Sequence record: OR413575.1
Direction: 5' to 3' (one strand)
Length of the DNA stretch: 64,000 nucleotides
Both the position numbers and the translations under genes were made by a program. Positions 47,163 through 56,335 of the stretch are shown here, piece after piece (position 1 is the stretch's first letter; every line of letters begins with the position of its first letter). Below the pieces are notes generated by a model. It saw only the letters and a program-made list of their open reading frames with translations, made no database searches and had not been told where the DNA came from.

Positions 47163-49952
47163 TTACACTACATCACCTTCTGTTGGAGCTGTAGGTTGAT
47201 CACCAGCGTCTGCAGCAGGTGCAGTTTCAGTCTCAGTTACTTCGGATTCGGTAGTTTCCTCAGTAGTCTGATTATCGGTCTGGGGTTCATCCTCATCGCC
47301 CATAGGAGGCATTTCCATACTGAAATCATCGTCAGTATCAGTATTCTCATCGTTATTGACGTCACCGCCGCTGCTAGAGCTACTTGTGCCGTTACGAATC
47401 GCATCTGCGTACTGTTGGTTACGCTGTTCCAGTTTCTCCAGATAGAGTTCACGACGTAAGCGCATTGCTGCACCCCAATCACCCAAGTTAGTAGTGAAGT
47501 TCTGCATGTGCAGAATGATTTCCTTACTAATATCCAGAGCAGGACTATCTTCGGTGCCCTGACGAGTAAGATCCGCCAGTTCTGGGAAGATATTGTTTTC
47601 TAGCATGTAGTTACGGATATAGTACGCCTTAATGGAACCAATAACCTGTTGTAGATAGTTGGAGTCATTATCGTTCGTTGCAATATCCATGAAGTCCGCA
47701 GAGATATATGCGTTAAGAGCCGTATCCAAGCCCTGAACATATTTCTGCAGTTGATCCATCTGAGTATCGAGCTTCGTATTATCCGGAGATGGGAGCTTGA
47801 TTTCCAGTACACGGAAGAACTCATTGATTACGGTATCGTACTGTACGTAAGACTGACCGTCCTCACCTTGTTTTTCCAAATACACCGGAGGCAACTTATC
47901 TTTAGCAGAATCAATGATCTGTTGTAGTTCATTAATTAACGTACCTGAAGAGTTACTATAGATAGAAACGAAGTTCTCTAAGAAACGTTCTGTAACTTTC
48001 TGTAAGTTCTTGATACGCTTAGCAAATAACTGGTTAGAAGTCCAACGAGTAATTGCGAAGTCTGCTGATTGAGTTGCATCCACCATCTCAGGTGTTACGA
48101 AGAAGCCCATGTAAACCTGCTTCTCCAAACGATCCATAAATTCATTATCGATCATCTGTTTCTGAGACTGGAAGTCTTCAACGTTTACCGAAGTATTCGG
48201 AATACGGGTGTTACCCTGTACGTCGAAGATAATACCCATCTGACGAATAACACGGAACATCTCAGCAGACGACGCTACGTCTGTTGGAGATACGCCAGCC
48301 TGACTACGTAAGAACTCATCCTGCAAGATAGCAGAAGATTTCTCTGGGTCAGGGTCACGCTCATCGATGTTCAATGTTACACGTGTACGACCTACGGCGT
48401 TACGGATAGAAGCCATGAAGTTGGCGAAGTTACACATGGTACGCAATACCGCAACCTGTTTAACCCCATCCAGCATGGAAACGCCCATACCGTTATCATC
48501 ATATTCGTAAGCAAGATACGCTACTTGGTCTGCTGCCAAGAAGACAATGTGAGTCATCTCGTTCGACAACTGACGCATGAACATCAGACGCATAAGGTCT
48601 TCGTCATGGCGCATCTTAACTGACATACCACGTAAACCGTTTTTCAGACGGTTCATGAACTGAGCTTCCATTATCTCTCCGTAAATACGGAGACGCTCTT
48701 TGATACCAGTATCACGATCAACGCAATAACCGTTTTGCAACACGTTCATCTGCTGCAACATGGCGGTAGTCTGGTCACCAATAGCCTGAGATTGCAAAGC
48801 ACCAGCGCCCTGTTCCTGGAATCTCTTCAGTTCTTGTGTAACGTTAAGCGGTTGCCCGTTACCATCCGTAATGACGAAGTAACCGATATGGCGTTTGGCG
48901 TTCCCTGGAACAAATACAGGAATCGTTGATTCGTTCAGCAAAGGAATTACTAGCGGATGTCCGATAGAGCTCCTGGACGCTTCATGAGCCGACTTAACTA
49001 CCGCAGTGTTACGATACGACGCTTTTAAGTGTCGGTTCGAGCTACGTGGATTATAGAGCGATTTCTGGATCTGTTCAATATTCTTAGCAAGAGCGACCTG
49101 ATCATGCTGTTGAACAGCAGCAGCCTCACTACTGATACGAGGGACACGACCGAAGTCCATGGTCGGCGCAACACGGCTACGCATACGTGCACGGTTGAAT
49201 GCTTCATTCAATGCCGGTAGGCGCAATTGTGCCGGGTTATCAGTAATAAAAAGGTTGTCAGCAATTTTCTGGTTAACTTGTGTACTAACGTTAAACATCT
49301 CGAAGCTAGGAACCTTCGCATTCTCTTCTGGCGGTGTAGCATCGCCAAGAATACCGATTCCTTTCAAGATACCTGCTTTAGTATCGTAGAAGTGCGCATT
49401 AACAGAATGTTGGAAGGCTTCTGTTGATACACGAGACGTTTTGTTGATGAGATCATCCAACGATGCTTCCGGGATAAACGCCCACGGGGAGGCACCACGG
49501 TTGACTAACGCATCAGCAATCATGTCCGTCAGTTCTTCGCTTAAATCATAACCTGTATTGAAATGGTCCTGAATAGGCTCAATCATTTCGTTCAGGAGAG
49601 ATAAAGGAAGATCTGAGTCCCTTGTACGGAAGAAGAGTTCATCCTCTTCCATTGACAACGGGCTACGAATACATGACACGAGAGTTTCACGTATTAGTTT
49701 AATATCGGGGTTGAGACGTAACAGCGTATCCGCGTCCATGTTTTTCTTGGCGCGTTGCTTGATCATCTCATTAAAAGCTGAATCGTCGGTTACAGTAACG
49801 CCATCATCACGTGGCAGTTCAGCGGGTCGCCGACGATCAGGTATGAGCTTAGTCGCAAGAACAGACGCAGACGGGTTATCTTTAAAGAAATCCGTGCGTC
49901 CGCTACGTACTCGACTTAGCCTTGAAGTAATACCTAAATCTTTCGTTAACAT
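47163..49952 (-). CDS. portal protein (phiKZ gp129-like; 929 aa)
   Basis: Size; FVTPEMVD...DFA and helical portal-like segments; acidic C-tail; VSTE|AF and ISSE|A sites; synteny. Confidence 0.75.
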   Translation of the reverse strand: MLTKDLGITSRLSRVRSGRTDFFKDNPSASVLATKLIPDRRRPAELPRDDGVTVTDDSAFNEMIKQRAKKNMDADTLLRLNPDIKLIRETLVSCIRSPLSMEEDELFFRTRDSDLPLSLLNEMIEPIQDHFNTGYDLSEELTDMIADALVNRGASPWAFIPEASLDDLINKTSRVSTEAFQHSVNAHFYDTKAGILKGIGILGDATPPEENAKVPSFEMFNVSTQVNQKIADNLFITDNPAQLRLPALNEAFNRARMRSRVAPTMDFGRVPRISSEAAAVQQHDQVALAKNIEQIQKSLYNPRSSNRHLKASYRNTAVVKSAHEASRSSIGHPLVIPLLNESTIPVFVPGNAKRHIGYFVITDGNGQPLNVTQELKRFQEQGAGALQSQAIGDQTTAMLQQMNVLQNGYCVDRDTGIKERLRIYGEIMEAQFMNRLKNGLRGMSVKMRHDEDLMRLMFMRQLSNEMTHIVFLAADQVAYLAYEYDDNGMGVSMLDGVKQVAVLRTMCNFANFMASIRNAVGRTRVTLNIDERDPDPEKSSAILQDEFLRSQAGVSPTDVASSAEMFRVIRQMGIIFDVQGNTRIPNTSVNVEDFQSQKQMIDNEFMDRLEKQVYMGFFVTPEMVDATQSADFAITRWTSNQLFAKRIKNLQKVTERFLENFVSIYSNSSGTLINELQQIIDSAKDKLPPVYLEKQGEDGQSYVQYDTVINEFFRVLEIKLPSPDNTKLDTQMDQLQKYVQGLDTALNAYISADFMDIATNDNDSNYLQQVIGSIKAYYIRNYMLENNIFPELADLTRQGTEDSPALDISKEIILHMQNFTTNLGDWGAAMRLRRELYLEKLEQRNQQYADAIRNGTSSSSSGGDVNNDENTDTDDDFSMEMPPMGDEDEPQTDNQTTEETTESEVTETETAPAADAGDQPTAPTEGDVV

Positions 49953-49977
49953 AAAACATCCTTAATCGGGGGCGAGT

Positions 49978-52320
49978 ATGGCTTTCACCACACAGGCGCT
50001 CTATACGGAACAGGTTCTTAAATTGACGCGGTCAGTCGTAATCAAATTAGATTCGATTGCCTACGTGATGAATGAGCATCTTAAACGGATAGGGTCGCCA
50101 GTTGACGATGATAGACCGGAGACTTGGAAGTATTATCTTCACTTGTCTGGCCAATATCATAGCACTGACACATTGATGCGTGTGACGTCATTAGACACCC
50201 TTGAGGAAATTGATTTCACATACGATAACCTCAAATATCACCGAGCGACTTTTAATGCGTATCGGGAAAAGGGTACCTACTACAGAGCGTTGATTAATAA
50301 GTACGAAGAACAAATTGATTTGATCAACGGTATTCTGAACCCGGTGGATATCTGGGTAGCTATAAAGGCAAAGAACTTTACCATAATCCAATACGATAAA
50401 GGTATGGTCAATGGTAACGAAACTAACTTGATCCCTGAGTTACAAAAATGGGTGATAGGGTATTCGGATAGCTGGTATAACGGTAACTACGTTTACCTGT
50501 TCGATGAATATGTTGCGTTGTTCTTACGTGGTCTGTACGATCACATGAGCGGTGAGATCATTAACATCCGCCGCCGTAACACTCGTACTGAATACGTCCA
50601 TGATTATCATCTCTGGGCTTATCTAGCCAGTCATCAGCGGCTAGATAAATACCGCGACTACTTGACACGGGAACAAGCGTTGTGGTTGTACCGCAACATT
50701 GCTTATCTGGAAGCACACCCTGGTTGGGATCATACATTTGGCGAATTAATAGAATGGCTACTGACAAAGCGAAACATTCCATTAACGTCCTTTATGCTGG
50801 CCCACAACTTAGAATCTTTACCTGACTCTATTTCACCAACACCTGAGATAGTTAAGGTGCCGTTGAACCGCCCTGCTTATACAGCAGGTGACGTACGTAA
50901 GGAACCTATTCCTGCGACCTTGGCAAAAGAGATTCCGTTAGCAGAAGGGAACGCCGACTATTACGCCGAACAAATTGTTGACGTACCAGAGAAGTTTAAA
51001 CTCAGTCGTTACAACCAGCTACAGACCAAAGTTCTGGAATCGGACATGGTTGACCGCAGTGATGCACAACCTGTACATTATATTACTACGGTCTTAAACG
51101 AGTGGATCTACCTGTCAGCTACTGACAAGTATCAAGCTAACGTAACATTGACTAACCCGTATACATCGGAAGTAATTTCGATGACGGCTAAAGAGTCAGT
51201 GATTGTTTGGTTGTATTGTTTACACCGGATGTTGGAAGTTGAGATCCAAACGGTCCCCACCTTCCTAGCCCATGATGTAATGCGTCCTATCTCACCACGG
51301 TTTGGTGAATTGCGTGACATGTCACCGTACAAGTATATTTCGGAAGAGATGATCTTGGCAGTGATGGATGAATTTGTTCCTCAGGGACAGATTATATCCG
51401 TAGAGAAGTTCCAAGAAGTAACGACGGCTATCCACAACGCCGTTACTCAGTACCGTTACTTTTATAGTACCCAAGAGAATCACCATACTCGTGGGCACTT
51501 GGAAAACCTCACACGTCGCATGTTCATGGAGTACCGTTGTAAGCTCGTAGAGGATACTACCTACTACGACGACTTCTTCCATCTGAAAGGTTGGAAGATG
51601 GACAGTATGACCGTTGAGCAATATCAGGATATGGGAAACCAGATCTTCCTGACTGCTACGGGCCTTGACCTGAAAAACGTCAATAGCGCTCGTGCTATTC
51701 AAGAAGCTATGATCCAGCTGATGAAACAATTGAGTTCGTACAGTATTCAATTCCTCAGCAATATTACTGATAGCTCTGTAACCGTCCTAGATCGCCCTGT
51801 AATTCGTGTTGGCGATGTTGATACAGATGCATCGCAAGATGCACGTTACAAGCTCAGGGTAGCGGTAGAGAACGTATACGGCCAAGCTACGTCAGGTAAG
51901 CGTTGGGATATCGGTCATGGAGTGCAGATTGTAGATGACCGGGTTCACGTAAGTTCAAACCTTCAAGTACGTTACGATCTAACTGCTGGGTTTACTGCAT
52001 CTAGTCAGGTAACCACTACGCGTCGTCTTAAACTTCCATTAGCGAAGATTAACTTGAAGCGTGGGCTGAATATTAACATTGGTCTGGAACAACGTAAATT
52101 AGACGGTGTCTGGATTGTAGATGTATACGAGGCGGGTGGCGATCCTATTACCAAGGCTATTGAAAAACATGACCTTGATTATTTCTGGCCGGATGTTGAA
52201 GAGGCAGCAGGTCTGAACGTAGACAATAATGCGCTCAGCGGTGTTTGGAATAAAGTAGGCGTATCAGATCTGGATGAGACATTCAGTGATGATTTGTTGA
52301 AAGGTTTTGATCTCCCTTGA
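49978..52320 (+). CDS. virion/baseplate wedge protein (phiKZ gp128-like; 780 aa)
   Basis: TWKYYLHLSGQYH motif; divergent from portal; C-terminal LxxxFxxxxLxGFxxP motif. Confidence 0.6.
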   Translation: MAFTTQALYTEQVLKLTRSVVIKLDSIAYVMNEHLKRIGSPVDDDRPETWKYYLHLSGQYHSTDTLMRVTSLDTLEEIDFTYDNLKYHRATFNAYREKGTYYRALINKYEEQIDLINGILNPVDIWVAIKAKNFTIIQYDKGMVNGNETNLIPELQKWVIGYSDSWYNGNYVYLFDEYVALFLRGLYDHMSGEIINIRRRNTRTEYVHDYHLWAYLASHQRLDKYRDYLTREQALWLYRNIAYLEAHPGWDHTFGELIEWLLTKRNIPLTSFMLAHNLESLPDSISPTPEIVKVPLNRPAYTAGDVRKEPIPATLAKEIPLAEGNADYYAEQIVDVPEKFKLSRYNQLQTKVLESDMVDRSDAQPVHYITTVLNEWIYLSATDKYQANVTLTNPYTSEVISMTAKESVIVWLYCLHRMLEVEIQTVPTFLAHDVMRPISPRFGELRDMSPYKYISEEMILAVMDEFVPQGQIISVEKFQEVTTAIHNAVTQYRYFYSTQENHHTRGHLENLTRRMFMEYRCKLVEDTTYYDDFFHLKGWKMDSMTVEQYQDMGNQIFLTATGLDLKNVNSARAIQEAMIQLMKQLSSYSIQFLSNITDSSVTVLDRPVIRVGDVDTDASQDARYKLRVAVENVYGQATSGKRWDIGHGVQIVDDRVHVSSNLQVRYDLTAGFTASSQVTTTRRLKLPLAKINLKRGLNINIGLEQRKLDGVWIVDVYEAGGDPITKAIEKHDLDYFWPDVEEAAGLNVDNNALSGVWNKVGVSDLDETFSDDLLKGFDLP

Positions 52321-52362
52321 TTTGAATAACGTTTTCATTACTTAATTATTTTGGAGCTTTCA

Positions 52363-53238
52363 ATGGTTAATCAATCTCCAAGACTCGTGCCGCTCGATGG
52401 TTATTACAACCGTCCCAGCGATGATCTATGGTGGGCAATCTTTAAACGCGATAACCCGCGTGTAGACTACGAGCAGAATCAGGTCCGGGTTTCTCAGATG
52501 GTAGAGAACCCAGACAATGATCCTAAACGCAACACTCGTGGTAAACTCGTTGCTATTCCGGGTATGGGTCGCGAAGGGGAGGACTGGTTAACGTGGAACC
52601 GTCCTTTCATGGAAGATCTGTTTAAAGGCAAGGACGTCTGGGTACAACCTAAAGGACAGACTACTATCAGCGAAGTGGTTGAGCAATTCAACCAGATCTG
52701 GAAATTCCAGTTGTCGCCACGTGACTACTACGATCAGAATATTGAAGTTCTGCATACCCCTATGGAAGTTAAAGTGCAGATGCGTGATACCTGTCTTTGC
52801 TTCCAAGGCGTGTTGACCATCAATATTGGTAACCCTCATGTTCATATCGGTGAAGTTATCATTAACCGTGACTTGAGCGGGGTCGAATACCCGACCAAAC
52901 AATCGAAGAAGATGCAAGGTCCTTTCTACGTTTGGGATCGTGACTTCACGTTTGCTGGTAGTCAATTACGTGACGAGTTTGGGTACGATGATATTATATC
53001 AGCTGATCAGTTTGATATCTTAGCCGACCTCTTCCCTGAAGAATGGCAAATGGTAAATCAAACCGCTGACTGGAACATGCAGGAAGCAAGAGTCGTTTAT
53101 AACGGCAAAACAGCTGACTGCCCTGCTCCATGTAATCAAAAATACCAACGGGTATTGCTGATTGAAATGAGCGAGGTTTTGTCAGGTAATATCGCTGGCC
53201 ATATTAATTTGCACTACGATGTACTTGACGGTGCCTGA
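52363..53238 (+). CDS. virion structural protein (~291 aa)
   Basis: GGAG RBS before ATG 52363; IGEVIINRDLSGVEYP motif; ARVVYNG...LLIEM C-terminal pattern. Confidence 0.65.
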   Translation: MVNQSPRLVPLDGYYNRPSDDLWWAIFKRDNPRVDYEQNQVRVSQMVENPDNDPKRNTRGKLVAIPGMGREGEDWLTWNRPFMEDLFKGKDVWVQPKGQTTISEVVEQFNQIWKFQLSPRDYYDQNIEVLHTPMEVKVQMRDTCLCFQGVLTINIGNPHVHIGEVIINRDLSGVEYPTKQSKKMQGPFYVWDRDFTFAGSQLRDEFGYDDIISADQFDILADLFPEEWQMVNQTADWNMQEARVVYNGKTADCPAPCNQKYQRVLLIEMSEVLSGNIAGHINLHYDVLDGA

Positions 53239-53279
53239 TGTTATGAGCTAGTGCTCTTTTTCAATAAAAGGAAAATGAC

Positions 53280-53825
53280 ATGTATAAGTACGACATTGCC
53301 AAAAACGGTTCAGAGAACATGTTGGCTTTGCTGAATGAATCAGCTAAAGAAGGCGTTGTAGTCACTGCTGCTGACGTAAGCTGGTCTGTACCAGCTGCCG
53401 ATGCTACTGTTGCTGGTGCCAACACTAAGATCACTCTGAGTGTTGTAGAAGGTTCCGAAGTCGTTAACAACGAATCGCCTGCAATCGATCGTCACTACAC
53501 TCGTCTCGATCTGTCAACAGTTCTGACTACCCTGGGTGCTGACACTGCATTCGAAGAAACTTTGGAAGCCTACGACACTGACGCTAAGAAATTAGCTAAA
53601 TTTGTTGATGCCACCGGTATCAAACTCGAAGCAGGTGATGCGACAGTTGCAACTGATGAAGAATCAGCGACTGTTACTATCACAATGGTCGCAACTCATC
53701 TCGGTCTGATTGGATCAGCTGAAATGCTTTTCGAGAAGCCAGTACCGGAACTTCCTAGCCTGAATGATACGTTCACAGGTGAGACGTTGAACGGGTTTGA
53801 CGCACCGGCTGCTGGCGGCGCATAA
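53280..53825 (+). CDS. acidic virion protein, possibly decoration (181 aa)
   Basis: AAGGA RBS; YTRLDLS motif; C-terminal LNDTFTGETLNGFDAP. Confidence 0.65.
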   Translation: MYKYDIAKNGSENMLALLNESAKEGVVVTAADVSWSVPAADATVAGANTKITLSVVEGSEVVNNESPAIDRHYTRLDLSTVLTTLGADTAFEETLEAYDTDAKKLAKFVDATGIKLEAGDATVATDEESATVTITMVATHLGLIGSAEMLFEKPVPELPSLNDTFTGETLNGFDAPAAGGA

Positions 53826-53831
53826 TCTGAT

Positions 53832-53866
53832 AAAAAATAGGTGGGTTTCCCCACCTATTTTTTTTT
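53832..53866 (+). terminator. intrinsic terminator
   Basis: AAAAAATAGGTGGG-tttc-CCCACCTATTTTTT. Confidence 0.85.
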
Positions 53867-53983
53867 GTCCGGAGTGCTGATTTTGTTGTCAGCGCAGTAA
53901 ACTGGGACATTTACCTTCTTTCTATGTCGACACTTGTTTGTGGGGATACCTGCAAAACCAATCATGATTGAAGGAGTCCAGAA

Positions 53984-54961
53984 ATGGATGCTAACGATAT
54001 CGAAGTAACACGCATCAACTCGGTTACGACACGAACTATTTGGGGCGCACTGATGCAAACCTGTCAGTTCGGTCATTTCCGAATTCCTGCGATTAACTAT
54101 ATCTCCATGAATGAACGTCTGGAGATTTTAAAGGACGTTCGTCCTCCTCAGGGTCAATGGCCTTTCTTTAAATATTGGGTTATCGGTGACAAAGGTCACA
54201 TCAACCGTATCGATGGTACGGATAACGAAACCTATATTGATGAAGCCAAACATCACGGCGACCATGCTGCGCCGTTCCGTCCAATTCCATTTGTAATGCG
54301 TCCGGAAGGTTCCGACCTGACAGAAGCAGAGCGTAAAGACTATTGTCTTCGTCTCCGGGAAAAAGAAAACGATCAGTGGTATTGGTCTTACTACGGTAAG
54401 CGTATTCCTGACACTGAACTCGTTACTCCTACGGTTTACCTGACGACTGTACGTGACGGCGTGTCGAGTACTATCGAGTACGATACCTCAACCGCTAACA
54501 TTTACCCGCAGCAGGAAATCATCCCGCCAGATCAGGGTATGACTACCAACGCCGATGTTCTTTCTGTCAGTGCTCCTATCACCATCGACTTTAGTCCGAA
54601 GGATGCTCAGGAACTTATTAACGTTGCCCGTATTAAATACCATGGTAACGAAAAGCGTGCACTTATTTCCGAAATCGGTCTGTGCACCGGTCTGGATAAT
54701 AAAATCCAGACTACAACTGACGGCGGCGCGCCGATTAACTTCAATGAAGCTATTGCTGTTTGGGTTGCTGCATTTATTTCCACTTATCAATCCCTAGCGT
54801 TTAACAACAAAGGGTTTAAGGTAGAGCTGGAGTTAGGTGCAACCGAGCCGGTTACCACAGGTACCGAGATCCCTGATGAGCAAATGCGTAACCAGCTCGA
54901 CGCTGGGCGTAGTGCTCGTCTGAGCAATGGAATCAGCGCGACGGTATTCACTAAAAATTAA
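53984..54961 (+). CDS. virion/baseplate structural protein (325 aa)
   Basis: AAGGAG RBS; PFRPIPFVMRP...DL and ISEIGLCTG motifs. Confidence 0.6.
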   Translation: MDANDIEVTRINSVTTRTIWGALMQTCQFGHFRIPAINYISMNERLEILKDVRPPQGQWPFFKYWVIGDKGHINRIDGTDNETYIDEAKHHGDHAAPFRPIPFVMRPEGSDLTEAERKDYCLRLREKENDQWYWSYYGKRIPDTELVTPTVYLTTVRDGVSSTIEYDTSTANIYPQQEIIPPDQGMTTNADVLSVSAPITIDFSPKDAQELINVARIKYHGNEKRALISEIGLCTGLDNKIQTTTDGGAPINFNEAIAVWVAAFISTYQSLAFNNKGFKVELELGATEPVTTGTEIPDEQMRNQLDAGRSARLSNGISATVFTKN

Positions 54962-54982
54962 GATCAATGAGGGCGTGTCTAA

Positions 54983-55897
54983 ATGACAACGTTTTATAAA
55001 GACCCTATCGTTCAGATTGTTGAAGAACTCAACGAAAAGAACAAAGATACCTTAACTCGTCCGCTTGAGATCAACGATCTCGTATTTACAGAAGTATCGA
55101 ATAACCCAACTACAGGCGAACGCGAAGTTATTGCGCGTGCTGCTAGCTGGGCTAATTATTACGGTACTATTCGTAATCCAGGCGTTAAATACAAACGTTA
55201 CTTAGGCCATAAGTTATTTATGGTTGCTCCGCGTGTTTCCGGTTCTACCGGCGACAGTTACGCTGATATCGCAATGCGTTTAGCAGAAGAATATAATCTT
55301 CCGCCATTTAAAATCCAGCCTAGCGAAGACAGCACAAAGCAGGATTATGACTTACCGTTCAGTCTCCATAGTCGTACAATCGATAATGAAGACTGGAGTT
55401 CCGTTGAAGTAACTCTCGTATTCGAACCTACTTCCATCGGTTATTTCGGTGGTGTCACGGTCAACGTTTATAACGCTGAACGCGATCTGAGTCAGATCGT
55501 TGTAAATCGTTCGCTTGATGGGCTGGTTTACCCGGATGATACGAAAGGTGAGACTGGTAGTTTGTCTACACTTACTTATCCTGTCAAATGGGCTATCCCG
55601 GAAGCAGGTCGTGCTATCCTGAGCGAAGTTGGCCAAACCTTACCTGCTGAAGAGAATGACCCAATCATTGTCGCGATGATTGATTCTATTGTTAACTTCT
55701 ACGTCCTTGAAGATGCGGAAGCAAACACAATGAGCACTGCACTACTTTCTGTATTGCCTGGCTCTAAGGTATTGTCAACCAACCTCGCCGCTACTGGTGA
55801 GCTAACGGGTGAAGAAATCATCACTCTTGAAGCGAAACCTGCGGATGGCGTTCCTTGGATCGGTACAGTTTATATTCGTGGTCCTGAATTCTACTAA
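54983..55897 (+). CDS. virion structural protein, paralog-like to 52363 (304 aa)
   Basis: GAGGG RBS; LSQIVVNRSLDGLVYP motif. Confidence 0.65.
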   Translation: MTTFYKDPIVQIVEELNEKNKDTLTRPLEINDLVFTEVSNNPTTGEREVIARAASWANYYGTIRNPGVKYKRYLGHKLFMVAPRVSGSTGDSYADIAMRLAEEYNLPPFKIQPSEDSTKQDYDLPFSLHSRTIDNEDWSSVEVTLVFEPTSIGYFGGVTVNVYNAERDLSQIVVNRSLDGLVYPDDTKGETGSLSTLTYPVKWAIPEAGRAILSEVGQTLPAEENDPIIVAMIDSIVNFYVLEDAEANTMSTALLSVLPGSKVLSTNLAATGELTGEEIITLEAKPADGVPWIGTVYIRGPEFY

Positions 55898-55905
55898 GCC
55901 GATCG

Positions 55906-55937
55906 AAGAGGAAGGGCTTCGGCTCTTCCTCTTTTTT
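55906..55937 (+). terminator. intrinsic terminator
   Basis: AAGAGGAAGGGC-TTCG-GCTCTTCCTCTT plus Ts. Confidence 0.8.
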
Positions 55938-55966
55938 ATGTTACCTCTTATCTAGGGCATAGAACA

Positions 55967-56323
55967 ATGATCTCTTCCAAATTAACTTATTTAATCGCCG
56001 AGTCCGCATATAACGCCACTAAAGTATTTTCAGAACAAGTGCTAAACGAAGAGAAAACCGAGTGGGGTTTATTACCGGGCGCGGCGAAAGCACGATACAT
56101 CAATGCAGTTTATAATTGCATCACTAAGCGCGTTAGTGACCCCGCCGCCGTACATGGAATGTGGTTAGTCGACATGACTAAAGAAGGATGGGTATATGGC
56201 GAGGAGTACGACGAAGCTAAGAAAGAACATCCTTGCATGAAAGAATATGCAGATCTGGAATTAGGCCAGCAAACCAAAGATCAAATCTTTATTGAGTTGC
56301 TGAAACCTTACTACACCCTATAA
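55967..56323 (+). CDS. RyR-domain protein (118 aa)
   Basis: VHGMWLVDMTKEGWVYGEEYDEAKKEHPCMKEYADL...KD fits the RyR (PF02026-type) H-x-x-W...GW-x-YG...HP pattern. Confidence 0.75.
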   Translation: MISSKLTYLIAESAYNATKVFSEQVLNEEKTEWGLLPGAAKARYINAVYNCITKRVSDPAAVHGMWLVDMTKEGWVYGEEYDEAKKEHPCMKEYADLELGQQTKDQIFIELLKPYYTL

Positions 56324-56335
56324 CCGGGGGAACTA

